A stretch of DNA of 64,000 nucleotides from an uncultured Arcobacter sp. (lineage in GTDB: Bacteria > Campylobacterota > Campylobacteria > Campylobacterales > Arcobacteraceae): the NCBI GenBank assembly GCA_965140705.1, contig OZ223300.1, positions 1,760,001-1,824,000 on the forward strand, written 5' to 3'. Shown in pieces: positions 18,886 through 28,935 of the stretch. A model generated the notes under the pieces. The model did not search any database. It was not told the DNA's origin and was given only the letters and a program-made list of their open reading frames with translations. Made by a program: the position numbers and the translations under genes. Each line of letters opens with the position of its first letter. The stretch's first letter is position 1.

Positions 18886-19105
18886 ACTAGTAAAAACATT
18901 CGAAAGTTTCCTTCTTTGGGACAAAGAAGAGATAAAAGAAAATGAAAATGAGATAAATGAAATCATAGAAAAACTCTATGAAAAAAGAGGAAAAATTGAA
19001 GAAAAAATAAGAAGATGTGATGATAAAAAAGAGGAAGAAAAATTAAAAGAAAAATTAAAAGCTGTAAAAAAACTTATTAAAAAAGCAAAAAAAGAGTTTA
19101 TTTAA
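18872..19105 (+). CDS. Small charged coiled-coil hypothetical protein
   Basis: RBS GGAG, overlaps the upstream stop, K/E-rich. Confidence 0.65.
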   Translation: MKLSKLVKTFESFLLWDKEEIKENENEINEIIEKLYEKRGKIEEKIRRCDDKKEEEKLKEKLKAVKKLIKKAKKEFI

Positions 19106-19562
19106 ACTCTTTAAAATTTTGTCTTAGAGCTTCATAAGCTACTATTGACACAGAATTTGCCATATTTAAACTTCTTGCATCGTTTGTCATAGGAATAGTA
19201 ATGCATCCTTTTTCATGTTTTGCTAATAAATCTTCAGGTAAACCAGCATCTTCTCTTCCAAAGTAAAAATAGTCTCCCACTTCATACTTAGCATCAAAAT
19301 ATACTTGTTTTGTTTTTGTTGTCGCAAAAAAATGTCTTTCATTTAAAGGATTTTTTGACCAAAAGTCTTCTATATTTTCATACTCAGTTACATCTAAATC
19401 AAACCAATAATCAAGCCCTGCCCGTCTAACTTCCTTTTCTGTAATTTCACCAAAACCATAAGGTTTTATCAAATGTAATCTACAATTCATAGCAAAAGCA
19501 AGTCTTCCTATTGTCCCAACATTTCCAGGAATTCTAGGTTCTAATAAAACAATATTAAACAT
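19098..19562 (-). CDS. trmL: tRNA (cytidine34-2'-O)-methyltransferase
   Basis: PRIPGNVG, RRAGLDYW, FGREDAGLP, RSLNMANS. Confidence 0.93.
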   Translation of the reverse strand: MFNIVLLEPRIPGNVGTIGRLAFAMNCRLHLIKPYGFGEITEKEVRRAGLDYWFDLDVTEYENIEDFWSKNPLNERHFFATTKTKQVYFDAKYEVGDYFYFGREDAGLPEDLLAKHEKGCITIPMTNDARSLNMANSVSIVAYEALRQNFKEFK

Positions 19563-20395
19563 TATAAAATTACCGTCTTATTCCCAAAAACAAAAACCTT
19601 ATCTTCTAATAATAATTGAAGGGCATTTGATAATACAACTTTTTCTACATTACGCCCTGCTCTTCTCATATCTTGCCATGAAAATGTATGATCAATTCTT
19701 ACTACATCTTGGGCAATAATTGGACCTTCATCTAAATCATTTGTTACATAGTGTGCTGTTGCCCCTATAATCTTAACACCTCTTTGATGTGCTTGTTTAT
19801 AAGGATTTGCACCAATAAATGCAGGTAAAAAAGAATGATGTATATTTAAAACTTGTTGTGGAAATTCTTGAACAAATTTTGGAGTTAATATTCTCATATA
19901 TTTAGCTAATACAATAAGTTCTGGTTCATACTCTTTGATTTTGTTTATAATCAAATCTTCATGGGCCTCTCTTTCCATCCCTTCAGCACTAATACAATGA
20001 AAAGGTATACCAAATTTTTGTACTAAATCTTCCAAGTAATCATGATTTGCAATTACCGCTTTAATATTTGCTTGTAATTCACCATCAAGATATCTTATAA
20101 GTAAATCACCTAAAACATGTGATTCTTTTGTTGCTAATATTACAATATCTTTTTTTGATTTTTCTCTTAACTTAATTTCTGAGTCTTTTGGTAAAACTTC
20201 AGTTAATTCTTTGAGAAGTATTTTTGCATTTACATCACCATTTATAACTGTTCTCATAAAAAATTTATTTGTTTCCACATCAACAAATTCAGCATTTTGC
20301 TCGATATTAAGATTATTAGCAAAAAGAACTTTAGAGACGTTATATACAAGCCCTTTTGAGTCAGAAGTATTAATTAATAGTATGTATTCTTTCAT
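19562..20395 (-). CDS. purU: Formyltetrahydrofolate deformylase
   Basis: ACT domain, LAKYMRIL, NIHHSFLPAF, GATAHYVT, LDEGPII. Confidence 0.95.
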   Translation of the reverse strand: MKEYILLINTSDSKGLVYNVSKVLFANNLNIEQNAEFVDVETNKFFMRTVINGDVNAKILLKELTEVLPKDSEIKLREKSKKDIVILATKESHVLGDLLIRYLDGELQANIKAVIANHDYLEDLVQKFGIPFHCISAEGMEREAHEDLIINKIKEYEPELIVLAKYMRILTPKFVQEFPQQVLNIHHSFLPAFIGANPYKQAHQRGVKIIGATAHYVTNDLDEGPIIAQDVVRIDHTFSWQDMRRAGRNVEKVVLSNALQLLLEDKVFVFGNKTVIL

Positions 20396-20454
20396 TTTAT
20401 ATCCATATAATAGTATTATTCCAATTTAAAAGTGGAATAATACCATTATTTTGA

Positions 20455-21714
20455 TTAAATCATTTGTGATAATTCTTCTTTATAAGCAGTTAAATCAAAA
20501 TCTTTTATTCTTGCAACTCCAGATTCTACAGCTGCATTTGCAACTGCACTAGAAATTTCAACAATAAGTCTTTTATCAAATGGTTTAGGAATAATATAAT
20601 CTTTTGAAAATGCTAAATGATCTCCAAATATTGCTTTTACTTCAGCAGGTACTGTTTTTTTAGCTAAATCAGCAATGGCATATGCTGCTGCTTTTTTCAT
20701 TTGCATATTTATTTTTTTAGCTTGAACATCAAGTGCTCCTCTAAAAATAAATGGGAAACCAAGTACATTGTTTATTTGGTTGTTAAAATCACTTCTTCCA
20801 GTTCCTACTATTGCTTTATCTCTAATTTTTAATATGTCCTCAGGGAAAAGCTCAGGAGTAGGATTTGCTAGGGCAAATACTATTGGCTCATCAGCCATAA
20901 GCGCAATATGTTCTTCTGTAAATGTTCCAGGTTTAGATAATCCTAAAACCACATCTGCATCTCTAAAAGCTTCTAATTTAGTCATTGACTCTTTTACTGA
21001 AAACTCTTTTTTATATTTATTTAAATCACTTCTACCATCATGAATAACTCCTTTAGAATCACACATAATAATATTTTGCACACCAACCGCTTTATACATT
21101 CTTGCACAAGAGATAGCAGCTGCACCAGCTCCCATAACTATAACTTTTAAATCTTCAAGCTTTTTACCAATAATTTCACAAGCATTTATTAATCCAGCTG
21201 TAGTAATAATTGCTGTTCCATGTTGGTCATCATGCATTACAGGAATATCAACTTCATCAATAAGTCTTCTTTCTATTTCAAAACACTCAGGTGATTTTAT
21301 ATCTTCAAGATTTATTCCTCCAAAAGTTGGCGATATAGCTTTACAAATAGATACAAACTTTTCAATATCAGTTTCATCAACTTCAATATCAAATGAATCA
21401 ACAGCTGCAAATTTTTTAAATAATACAGACTTTCCTTCCATAACAGGTTTTGATGCAACCGCCCCAATGTCACCAAGCCCAAGTACAGCTGTACCATTTG
21501 ATATTACAGCTACAAGATTTTTTTTAGCTGTATATTTAAATGCATTATCTGGATCTTTTTCAATTTCTAAACAAGGGAAAGCAACTCCAGGCGTATATGC
21601 TAAAGCCAAATCTCTTTGTGTCCCAAGTTTTGTTGTAGTTCCAATTTCCAATTTTCCCGGTTTTGGAAATTGGTGGTAATCTAAAGCTTCCTCTTTAGTT
21701 ACAGGTTTACTCAT
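20455..21714 (-). CDS. Malic enzyme (NAD(P)-dependent, no PTA domain)
   Basis: LAYTPGVA, GTAVLGLG, INLEDI, HDDQHGTA, GAGAAA, ALANPTPE. Confidence 0.93.
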   Translation of the reverse strand: MSKPVTKEEALDYHQFPKPGKLEIGTTTKLGTQRDLALAYTPGVAFPCLEIEKDPDNAFKYTAKKNLVAVISNGTAVLGLGDIGAVASKPVMEGKSVLFKKFAAVDSFDIEVDETDIEKFVSICKAISPTFGGINLEDIKSPECFEIERRLIDEVDIPVMHDDQHGTAIITTAGLINACEIIGKKLEDLKVIVMGAGAAAISCARMYKAVGVQNIIMCDSKGVIHDGRSDLNKYKKEFSVKESMTKLEAFRDADVVLGLSKPGTFTEEHIALMADEPIVFALANPTPELFPEDILKIRDKAIVGTGRSDFNNQINNVLGFPFIFRGALDVQAKKINMQMKKAAAYAIADLAKKTVPAEVKAIFGDHLAFSKDYIIPKPFDKRLIVEISSAVANAAVESGVARIKDFDLTAYKEELSQMI

Positions 21715-21816
21715 AAATAACTCCTTTGTTTATTTCGGTAAAATTGTAACCAATCGAAACTTAAAAATTATATTTATTTGGAAAATTTGAAATTTTAATC
21801 TATAATTAAGCTATTT

Positions 21817-21855
21817 TTACATTTTTTTTACATAACTTTTACATTATTACTACAT
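21817..21855. repeat. Four (T/C)TACAT repeats at exact 11-bp period upstream of the malic enzyme gene
   Basis: Copies start at 21817, 21828, 21839, 21850. Confidence 0.65.
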
Positions 21856-21863
21856 ATTAAGTT

Positions 21864-22535
21864 TTATTTAATAATTCCTACTATAGAAAATCTTCCACAA
21901 CTTTCATCTTTTCTATAAGAAAAGAATGGTTTATTTGAACATTTTGTACATATAGAAGATGTTTCTATATTAAAAATTCCAATATCATTTAATTGTTTGA
22001 TATTGATTCCTTGTAAATCCAAATATCTATTTGTTGAAAACTTTTTTCCAAAAGATTTTATGGCAATTGTTTCTAATTCATTAGATACCTCATAACAACA
22101 TTTTTGTATAGAAGGTCCTAAATAAGCAGAAATATCTTCTGCTTCACAGCCTAACTCATTTATCATTTTTAATGCTGTTTTTTGAACAATATTTAAAAAA
22201 GTTGAATTTCTTCCAGCATGAACTACTGCTATTACATTTTTATTTTCATCACTTAAAAATATAGGAATACAATCAGCAACCATAACCATAATTGGGAGAT
22301 CTTTTTCTTTTGTAATTAGTGCATCACAATTATCTATTAATAAAGGAGATTGAAAATCTACAATTTCAATATTTACTCCATGTACTTGGTTCATATATCT
22401 AAGATTGGATATATCAAAATCATATTTTTTTGATAATTTTAACCTGTTTTTATCAACACTACTTTTTAAATCATTTACATGATAGGCCATATTTCCATCT
22501 TTTGTTGTGGTAATTATTTTCAAAATAGTGCTCAT
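21864..22535 (-). CDS. pgeF: Peptidoglycan editing factor / purine nucleoside phosphorylase, YfiH family
   Basis: QVHG, DALIT, VADCIPI, VHAG, GPSI...CYEV, FFSYR. Confidence 0.9.
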   Translation of the reverse strand: MSTILKIITTTKDGNMAYHVNDLKSSVDKNRLKLSKKYDFDISNLRYMNQVHGVNIEIVDFQSPLLIDNCDALITKEKDLPIMVMVADCIPIFLSDENKNVIAVVHAGRNSTFLNIVQKTALKMINELGCEAEDISAYLGPSIQKCCYEVSNELETIAIKSFGKKFSTNRYLDLQGINIKQLNDIGIFNIETSSICTKCSNKPFFSYRKDESCGRFSIVGIIK

Positions 22536-22634
22536 ATTATTCCTAAATTCTTTTTATATTAATTTATCATAATATTTTTAATATCCTCTTATTTTTCTTT
22601 GGGTAGAATGTCCCTCTTTATTTTAAGGAAATCA

Positions 22635-23444
22635 ATGTCACAAGAAAAAGAAAAATTTTTAATATTTGGTAACCCTGTTGAACACTCAAAATCTCCTCAA
22701 ATGCATAACAGTGCATTTGAACATCTAAACATTAACTCTTATTATGATAAATATTTATTAACAGATGGGAAAAAGATAAAAGATACGTTCAATCATGAAA
22801 ATGCAAAAGGAGCTAATATAACAGTTCCTTTTAAAGAAGATGCATTTAGACAAGCAGATGAAGTTGTTGGAATAGCAAATGAAATTGAAGCTGTAAATAC
22901 TTATATAAAAAAAGATAATAAAGTATTTGCTTACAATACGGATGCTCCTGGATTTATGAAAGCAATAAAAGATTTTGGTGAAATTAAATCTGTCCTAATT
23001 TTAGGTGCAGGTGGTACGGCAAAAGCCATTGCAATGGCACTAAAAGAAAAAAATATAGAAGTTAGAATTTTAAATAGAAGTGCAGAAAAACTTGCCTTTT
23101 TTAAAGAACAAGGCTTTAAAACATATACTTGGGGAAATTTTCAAATGAATCATTATGATTTAATTGTAAATTCAACAAGTGCTGGATTAAAAGATGAAGA
23201 TTATCCAATCAAAAAAACTACATTAGAAAGTATATTTTTAAATGCAAAGTTTGCTTTTGACTGTATTTATGGAAAAGAGACTCCATTTTTAAAACTTGCA
23301 CGTTTAGAAGGTCTAGAAACAAAAGATGGTGAAGATATGCTTCTTTATCAAGGTGTTCTTGCTTTTGAACTATTTACAGATACAAAAGCCGATGAGACTC
23401 TAATAGAAGTAATGAGAAAAGCTTTAAAAGAAGAAGAAATTTAA
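22635..23444 (+). CDS. aroE: Shikimate dehydrogenase
   Basis: HSKSPQMHN, NITVPFK, AVNT, NTDAPGF, GAGGTA, MLLYQG. Confidence 0.95.
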   Translation: MSQEKEKFLIFGNPVEHSKSPQMHNSAFEHLNINSYYDKYLLTDGKKIKDTFNHENAKGANITVPFKEDAFRQADEVVGIANEIEAVNTYIKKDNKVFAYNTDAPGFMKAIKDFGEIKSVLILGAGGTAKAIAMALKEKNIEVRILNRSAEKLAFFKEQGFKTYTWGNFQMNHYDLIVNSTSAGLKDEDYPIKKTTLESIFLNAKFAFDCIYGKETPFLKLARLEGLETKDGEDMLLYQGVLAFELFTDTKADETLIEVMRKALKEEEI

Positions 23445-23448
23445 ATCC

Positions 23449-23477
23449 AACAGACTTTATATATACTAAAGTCTGTT
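23449..23477 (+). terminator. Hairpin after aroE
   Basis: AACAGACTTTA/TAAAGTCTGTT 11-bp stem. Confidence 0.6.
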
Positions 23478-23556
23478 CACCTTTTATTAACTCAATTTCG
23501 ATAACATATCTCAACTAATTTAATAAATAATTTTTTAAATAATGCGAAGGAACTAA

Positions 23557-24195
23557 ATGAAACATATAAAAAAAATATCAGACTATGCCATTGTTGGGGG
23601 ATTAGGTGCAATACTTATCACTGGACTAGTTGGATGTGGAGATAATTCAAATAATAATAAAGATGGACAAAATAGTGCCTTTACAAATGCTAGTCAAAAA
23701 CAAGCAGCATTTGTAGTTATTGAAGAGAGTAAGGATGGTAAATATAAAATAGTAGATGAATTCCCCTCTTCTAAAACAACTATTGTATTAAGAAAACCAG
23801 ATGGAAGTGAAAGAATTCTTAGTAAAGAAGAGATAGATAAACTTGTAAAAGAAGAAAATGCAAAAATAGAAGCAGGAACTTCACCTTTAACAAACCCTGA
23901 GATGTCAAGTGGTGGGATGGGACTTGGTGGAGTTTTATTATCATCTATTGCAGGTGCAATGATAGGTTCATGGATTGGTAATAAATTATTCAATAACCAA
24001 AACTTCCAATCACAAAGAAGAACACAATACAAATCTCCTCAAACTTATTCTAAAAGTCAAAGTTCATTTACAAAAGCTGCTAATACAAATAAAACTTCTA
24101 CTTCAAGTAAAAAAAGCGGTTTTTTTGGAGGAGGAAACTCTTCTAAATCTAGTTCATCTTTTGGTTCTAGATCTTCTGGCTTTTTTGGTGGTTGA
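23557..24195 (+). CDS. UPF0323 family lipoprotein with Ser/Gly-rich tail
   Basis: Lipobox LVGC, AGAMIGSWIGNKLF, C-terminal SGFFGG repeated twice. Confidence 0.85.
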   Translation: MKHIKKISDYAIVGGLGAILITGLVGCGDNSNNNKDGQNSAFTNASQKQAAFVVIEESKDGKYKIVDEFPSSKTTIVLRKPDGSERILSKEEIDKLVKEENAKIEAGTSPLTNPEMSSGGMGLGGVLLSSIAGAMIGSWIGNKLFNNQNFQSQRRTQYKSPQTYSKSQSSFTKAANTNKTSTSSKKSGFFGGGNSSKSSSSFGSRSSGFFGG

Positions 24196-24198
24196 TAA

Positions 24199-25377
24199 AT
24201 GAAATTACAAAAGCTAAAACCTCTTACAAACGAATACTTAGAATCTATAGGATTTGTTTGGCATACAGATGAAGATGAAACTTCATACATATCAGATGAG
24301 ATAGTTCAAATAAGTGAAGAAGAAGCTAATGCTTACTACGAAGCTACAAATGAACTATATGACATGTTTTGTGAAGCTGGGGATTATGTTATAGAAAATA
24401 ATCTCTTCCATGAAATAAATATACCATTTAATCTTGTAAATCTTATAAAAGAATCTTGGGAAAATGATGTTCATTGGCATTTATATTCAAGATTTGATTT
24501 AGCTGGTGGAATAGATGGGAAGCCTATAAAACTAATTGAATTTAATGCAGATACTCCAACTGCTGTTTTTGAAACAGCTATTATTCAATGGGCTATGCTA
24601 AAAGCTAACAACTTAGATGAAGCAAGTCAATTTAATAATTTGTATGATGCTTTAAAAGATAATTTTAAAAGAATTATTACAATGGAAGATGATATAGAAA
24701 AGTTTGAAGAGTATTATAAAGACTTAGGTTGGAAAATACTTTTTTCTTCTATTTCTTCTAGCAGTGAAGATATTAATACAACTAAACTCTTACAGCACAT
24801 TGCAACAGAAGCTGGATTTAATACTGATTTTGAATATATTGATAAGGTTCAATTCAATGATGAAGGTATTTATAAAGATGATATTAACTTTGAGTTTTGG
24901 TTTAAACTTATACCTTGGGAAAATATTGCCATAGATGAAAGTGAATTAGCTTTGATTTTAGAAGATATTATTACCAATAAAAAAGCAATTATTTTCAATC
25001 CTGCTTATACTTTAATGTTTCAATCAAAAGGTTTTATGAAAATACTTTGGGATTTATACCCAAATCATCCACTTTTACTTGAAACTTCATTTGAACCACT
25101 TATTGGTAAAAAACAAGTTGAAAAAAGATGTTTTGGAAGAGAAGGTGCAAATGTTGCTATTATCAATAGTGACAATTCACTAGATATGAAAACAGATGGG
25201 GACTATGAAGGTTTTAAAGCCATCTATCAAGAGTATGTAGAACTTCCAACAGATGAAAATGGTAATTTTTACCAAGCTGGAGTATTTTATGCTTATGAAG
25301 CTTGTGCTTTAGGATTTAGAAAAGGTGGTAAGATTTTAAATAATATGTCAAAATTTGTAGGACATATTATTAAATAG
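24199..25377 (+). CDS. Glutathionylspermidine synthase-like ATP-grasp protein
   Basis: YSRFDL, KLIEFNADTPT, FKLIPWE, GREGANV, IYQEY. Confidence 0.9.
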   Translation: MKLQKLKPLTNEYLESIGFVWHTDEDETSYISDEIVQISEEEANAYYEATNELYDMFCEAGDYVIENNLFHEINIPFNLVNLIKESWENDVHWHLYSRFDLAGGIDGKPIKLIEFNADTPTAVFETAIIQWAMLKANNLDEASQFNNLYDALKDNFKRIITMEDDIEKFEEYYKDLGWKILFSSISSSSEDINTTKLLQHIATEAGFNTDFEYIDKVQFNDEGIYKDDINFEFWFKLIPWENIAIDESELALILEDIITNKKAIIFNPAYTLMFQSKGFMKILWDLYPNHPLLLETSFEPLIGKKQVEKRCFGREGANVAIINSDNSLDMKTDGDYEGFKAIYQEYVELPTDENGNFYQAGVFYAYEACALGFRKGGKILNNMSKFVGHIIK

Positions 25378-25382
25378 TTTCA

Positions 25383-25410
25383 AAGCTGTAAAGAGACTTC
25401 TTTACAGCTT
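25383..25410. terminator. Bidirectional terminator between convergent genes
   Basis: AAGCTGTAAAGA/TCTTTACAGCTT 12-bp stem. Confidence 0.7.
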
Positions 25411-27438
25411 ATCTAGTTCAATTATAAAATTTGCTCCATGATATAGCTTTTCATTTACAGTAAACTCACTATTTTCCACATGAATTTTACCTCTCATACT
25501 AGTTGTAATAATCTGATATGTCATATATAAACCTAAACCAGTACCTTGAGTTTTATCCTTAGTTGTAAAATATGGTTCAAATATTTTATTTATAAGGCTT
25601 TCCTCTATTCCACCAGCACTATCTTTGATACTAATATAAGCTTTATCCTTAGATGAGTAAGTTTTGATATATATAATTCTATTATTTTCATCTTTTTGTT
25701 TCTCTTTTAAGGCATCTTTTGCATTATTTAATATATTAACTAAAGCTTGAATAAGTTCATTTAGATAATTATCTACAAAAATATCTTCTTCAAAATCTTT
25801 TATAATAATCAATTTATGATTATGAACAGAAGCATCTAAGATATTTAAAGCCTGTTTTACTGATTCATTTATATCAAAGTTGACTAATATTTTTTCACCT
25901 TTTACATAATTTCTAAAATCATCAATTACTTGTGACAAATATTGAGTATTTTTAAGAATCTTATCTGTTAAATTAAACAAATCTTCATCATCTAAAAGAT
26001 TCAATTCTTTTTTCAAATGCATACCACTTGCCGCAACAGAGATTGAACTTAAAGGTTGTCTCCATTGATGTGCTATATTTCCAATCATCTCTCCTAAGGC
26101 TACCATTTTTGATTGTTCTTCAAGCACTCTATTTTTTTCTTCTATCTCTTTTGTTCTTTCTTTAACTTTTAACTCTAACTTTTCATTTAACTCTTTTAGC
26201 TCTTTTGTCTTTTCTTGAACTTTATTTTCAAGACTTGAGTTTGCTTTTTCTAGTTCGTATTGTTTATTTTTTAAACTCTCTTCGTAATCTAAAAATTTTC
26301 CATTGATTTTTTTTGAGATTAAAAATGAAATAATACTAACAATGATTAAAATTATAATTGAGATAATTAATATATTAAATATTACCTCTTTTATCTCATC
26401 ACTTTCTTTTTCTTTAAATTTTTCAACATTACTATGAATATCCTCTTCGTAAACTCCTGTACCAATAACCCAATCCCAGTCTTTGATATGTCTTACAAAT
26501 CCAATCTTTTTTAAGATTTTTGTACCATTTGGTTTAGTCCAATGATACTCTACAAAAGAGCCACTTTCATTTTTTAAAGCTGCTTTTACGAATATATCAC
26601 TTAAAGGAATACCTCTCTTCTTATCTAATTCTGTATTTATTTTTCCTATTTCAGATTCTTTATATGGATGTTCCAAAAGTACATGATTTGTTGATATCGT
26701 CCAAATATAACCATAATTTGGATATCTGAAAAGTTTTAATCTATCTAAGGCTTCTTTCTTAATATTTTTTTCAAAATCATCCATATACTCACCATATCCA
26801 ATAAACCAATTATACGGTGGAAAGCCTTTTACAAATGAAGTTTTTTCTACTTGTTGTTTGACATTGGTTAATTTATGCCATTTATAACGAACAAAACCCT
26901 CTTTTTTTTCTTTTACAACTTTTACAAACTCTTGTCCATAATAATTGTTATCAATATCTTTCATTAAATAAACATTAGTACCCTCTTTTTCAGGAGTAGC
27001 TGGTAGCATTTTAGCGATTGTTTCTGTATCACTTTTTATTTCTGCAACAAAAAAATAGCCATTATTGCCAAATCTTACTTTTCTAAGTGTTTCTAAAATC
27101 TTTTTTTGTAACTTTTCTTTAGAAAGTTTATCTCTATCTTTTTCATATATTTTATTAGCTAAAGAATAAGCCATATAGACTCTATCTTTAAGTTTTTGTT
27201 TAAATCTCTTAGGGGCTTCAGTTTTTTTATATTCTATATAGTTATATATGCTATCAATCTGAGTTTTTATATGTTGTTTTTGTAGTTCAAGCTCTTGGTG
27301 ACTATGATTTTTTATGTTTTTATTGTAGTTTTCATATAACAAGGAAATAGTAATTGAAGACATAGCTATTATTGTAGCTATAATAAAAAGTATTGGAACA
27401 ATAATAATTAATTTTGTTACAGTATTTTTTTTAGCCAT
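25402..27438 (-). CDS. Sensor histidine kinase with two periplasmic Cache domains (no adjacent regulator)
   Basis: NGYFFV/YGYIW and WFIGYG/WVIGTG Cache motifs, IAHQWRQPL, NNAKDA, GTGLGLY. Confidence 0.9.
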   Translation of the reverse strand: MAKKNTVTKLIIIVPILFIIATIIAMSSITISLLYENYNKNIKNHSHQELELQKQHIKTQIDSIYNYIEYKKTEAPKRFKQKLKDRVYMAYSLANKIYEKDRDKLSKEKLQKKILETLRKVRFGNNGYFFVAEIKSDTETIAKMLPATPEKEGTNVYLMKDIDNNYYGQEFVKVVKEKKEGFVRYKWHKLTNVKQQVEKTSFVKGFPPYNWFIGYGEYMDDFEKNIKKEALDRLKLFRYPNYGYIWTISTNHVLLEHPYKESEIGKINTELDKKRGIPLSDIFVKAALKNESGSFVEYHWTKPNGTKILKKIGFVRHIKDWDWVIGTGVYEEDIHSNVEKFKEKESDEIKEVIFNILIISIIILIIVSIISFLISKKINGKFLDYEESLKNKQYELEKANSSLENKVQEKTKELKELNEKLELKVKERTKEIEEKNRVLEEQSKMVALGEMIGNIAHQWRQPLSSISVAASGMHLKKELNLLDDEDLFNLTDKILKNTQYLSQVIDDFRNYVKGEKILVNFDINESVKQALNILDASVHNHKLIIIKDFEEDIFVDNYLNELIQALVNILNNAKDALKEKQKDENNRIIYIKTYSSKDKAYISIKDSAGGIEESLINKIFEPYFTTKDKTQGTGLGLYMTYQIITTSMRGKIHVENSEFTVNEKLYHGANFIIELDKL

Positions 27439-27501
27439 CTTAACCCCAATGTTATATCTTACATTATTATTAAAACTTTTATTTAATTTTTGTTATTAAC
27501 A

Positions 27502-27975
27502 TTATACCTTTTTATCTTCTAATTCAATATAATTTAATAAAATTTCAAAATTTCTTTCTATATTTTTAAAAACTTTTACTAATAAAACAGGAGTATGAGA
27601 AAGCTTTTTACTTAAATCTTCTTTTCTAGCACTATCATCTCTTATATCTATTTCTCCATTTGTTAAAACAATATCATATTTTCTTTTTCCATCTGTAAAA
27701 CAAATACTAAAAGGGATATAATAATCATCTTCATCATCACAATACCAACTAGGATCTCTTCTTAAAAAAACATAAGGCAAATCCCCATCAATTTGACAAT
27801 GCAATAGCTTGTTTTTATTAAAAACTATTTTCCTCATATTTGTTATATTTATAATAGATTTTTTTAATCTTTTTTGTACTCTTTTATATAATATTCTCCA
27901 AAGAAATGAATTTATTCTTTTTGAAGCATCAAGATGTCCTAAATTATCTTCATCCATATAATAAATATTTGTCAT
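27502..27975 (-). CDS. Hypothetical protein
   Basis: 157-aa ORF at the end of the lpxK operon; no recognised motif. Confidence 0.7.
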   Translation of the reverse strand: MTNIYYMDEDNLGHLDASKRINSFLWRILYKRVQKRLKKSIINITNMRKIVFNKNKLLHCQIDGDLPYVFLRRDPSWYCDDEDDYYIPFSICFTDGKRKYDIVLTNGEIDIRDDSARKEDLSKKLSHTPVLLVKVFKNIERNFEILLNYIELEDKKV

Positions 27976-27984
27976 TTATACTTT

Positions 27985-28932
27985 TTACCCCTTAATATAG
28001 TTTTCTAAATTTGAAAAATCAATATCAGCACTAAATTCGATTTCTAAATCCATCAAAATCAAATTCTTTATATGAAATTTTTCTAATTTTACAAAATCTT
28101 TTGCAGTAGTTAATATAGTAAAATCTTTATAAGATTTTTCAACTACTTCAATATCAACTTTTGTAAAATTGTAATGATCAGGGAAAGAGACTAATTCACA
28201 AGATGAGGGAACAAAGTCTAAAAGTCTTTTTGCCTTTGAAATTGCTGTTAAAATAACTATTTTGGAAGGTAGTTTTTCTAATTCCTTATCTTCTTTTTTA
28301 AATTTTACAACTCTTTTAAAATCAACACTCTCTTTTAAAACCATATTAGCAGTTGCATACATCATTTTAGCTTCTCTATAACCACCACTTGGCAGACAAA
28401 ATATATTTTCAGGCTCTTTATAAGGTCTTAATAATATATCAAATTTATTTATGTGATATTTTGAAAAACCATCATCTAAAAAAACTAGTTTGCAGCCAAG
28501 CTCTTTTGCTTTTAAGATGGCTTTTACTCTATCTTCACTAACTATTACTGAGGCCTTTGGTAAAGAAGTTGCTAAAAGCATAGCTTCATCGCCACTTACA
28601 CTTACATCTTCTAAAATTTTTCCATTCTGACTTATTACATAAAGTCCTTGAGATTTTCTTCCATACCCTCTTAATATAACTGCTATATCTTCTTTATCTT
28701 TTGCAAGTGCAATTGTTATGGGAGTTTTTCCACTTCCACCTACTACTATATTTCCAATTGAAATAATTGGTATATCAAAATCTAATTTTCGAGAAGATGA
28801 CATACGCTTAAAAGCTATAATTATCATATAAATTAAAGTAAATGGAATAAGTAAAAAAGAGATGATTTTTTGAAAAGGTGTTGGAAAGAAGAGATACTCT
28901 TCTATCCAAATATTAAATTTTTGTTTTAACAA
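27985..28932 (-). CDS. lpxK: Tetraacyldisaccharide 4'-kinase
   Basis: SIGNIVVGGSGKTP, LRGYG, GDEA, LDDGF, FPDHY, TAKD. Confidence 0.95.
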   Translation of the reverse strand: MLKQKFNIWIEEYLFFPTPFQKIISFLLIPFTLIYMIIIAFKRMSSSRKLDFDIPIISIGNIVVGGSGKTPITIALAKDKEDIAVILRGYGRKSQGLYVISQNGKILEDVSVSGDEAMLLATSLPKASVIVSEDRVKAILKAKELGCKLVFLDDGFSKYHINKFDILLRPYKEPENIFCLPSGGYREAKMMYATANMVLKESVDFKRVVKFKKEDKELEKLPSKIVILTAISKAKRLLDFVPSSCELVSFPDHYNFTKVDIEVVEKSYKDFTILTTAKDFVKLEKFHIKNLILMDLEIEFSADIDFSNLENYIKG

Positions 28933-28935
28933 CTA

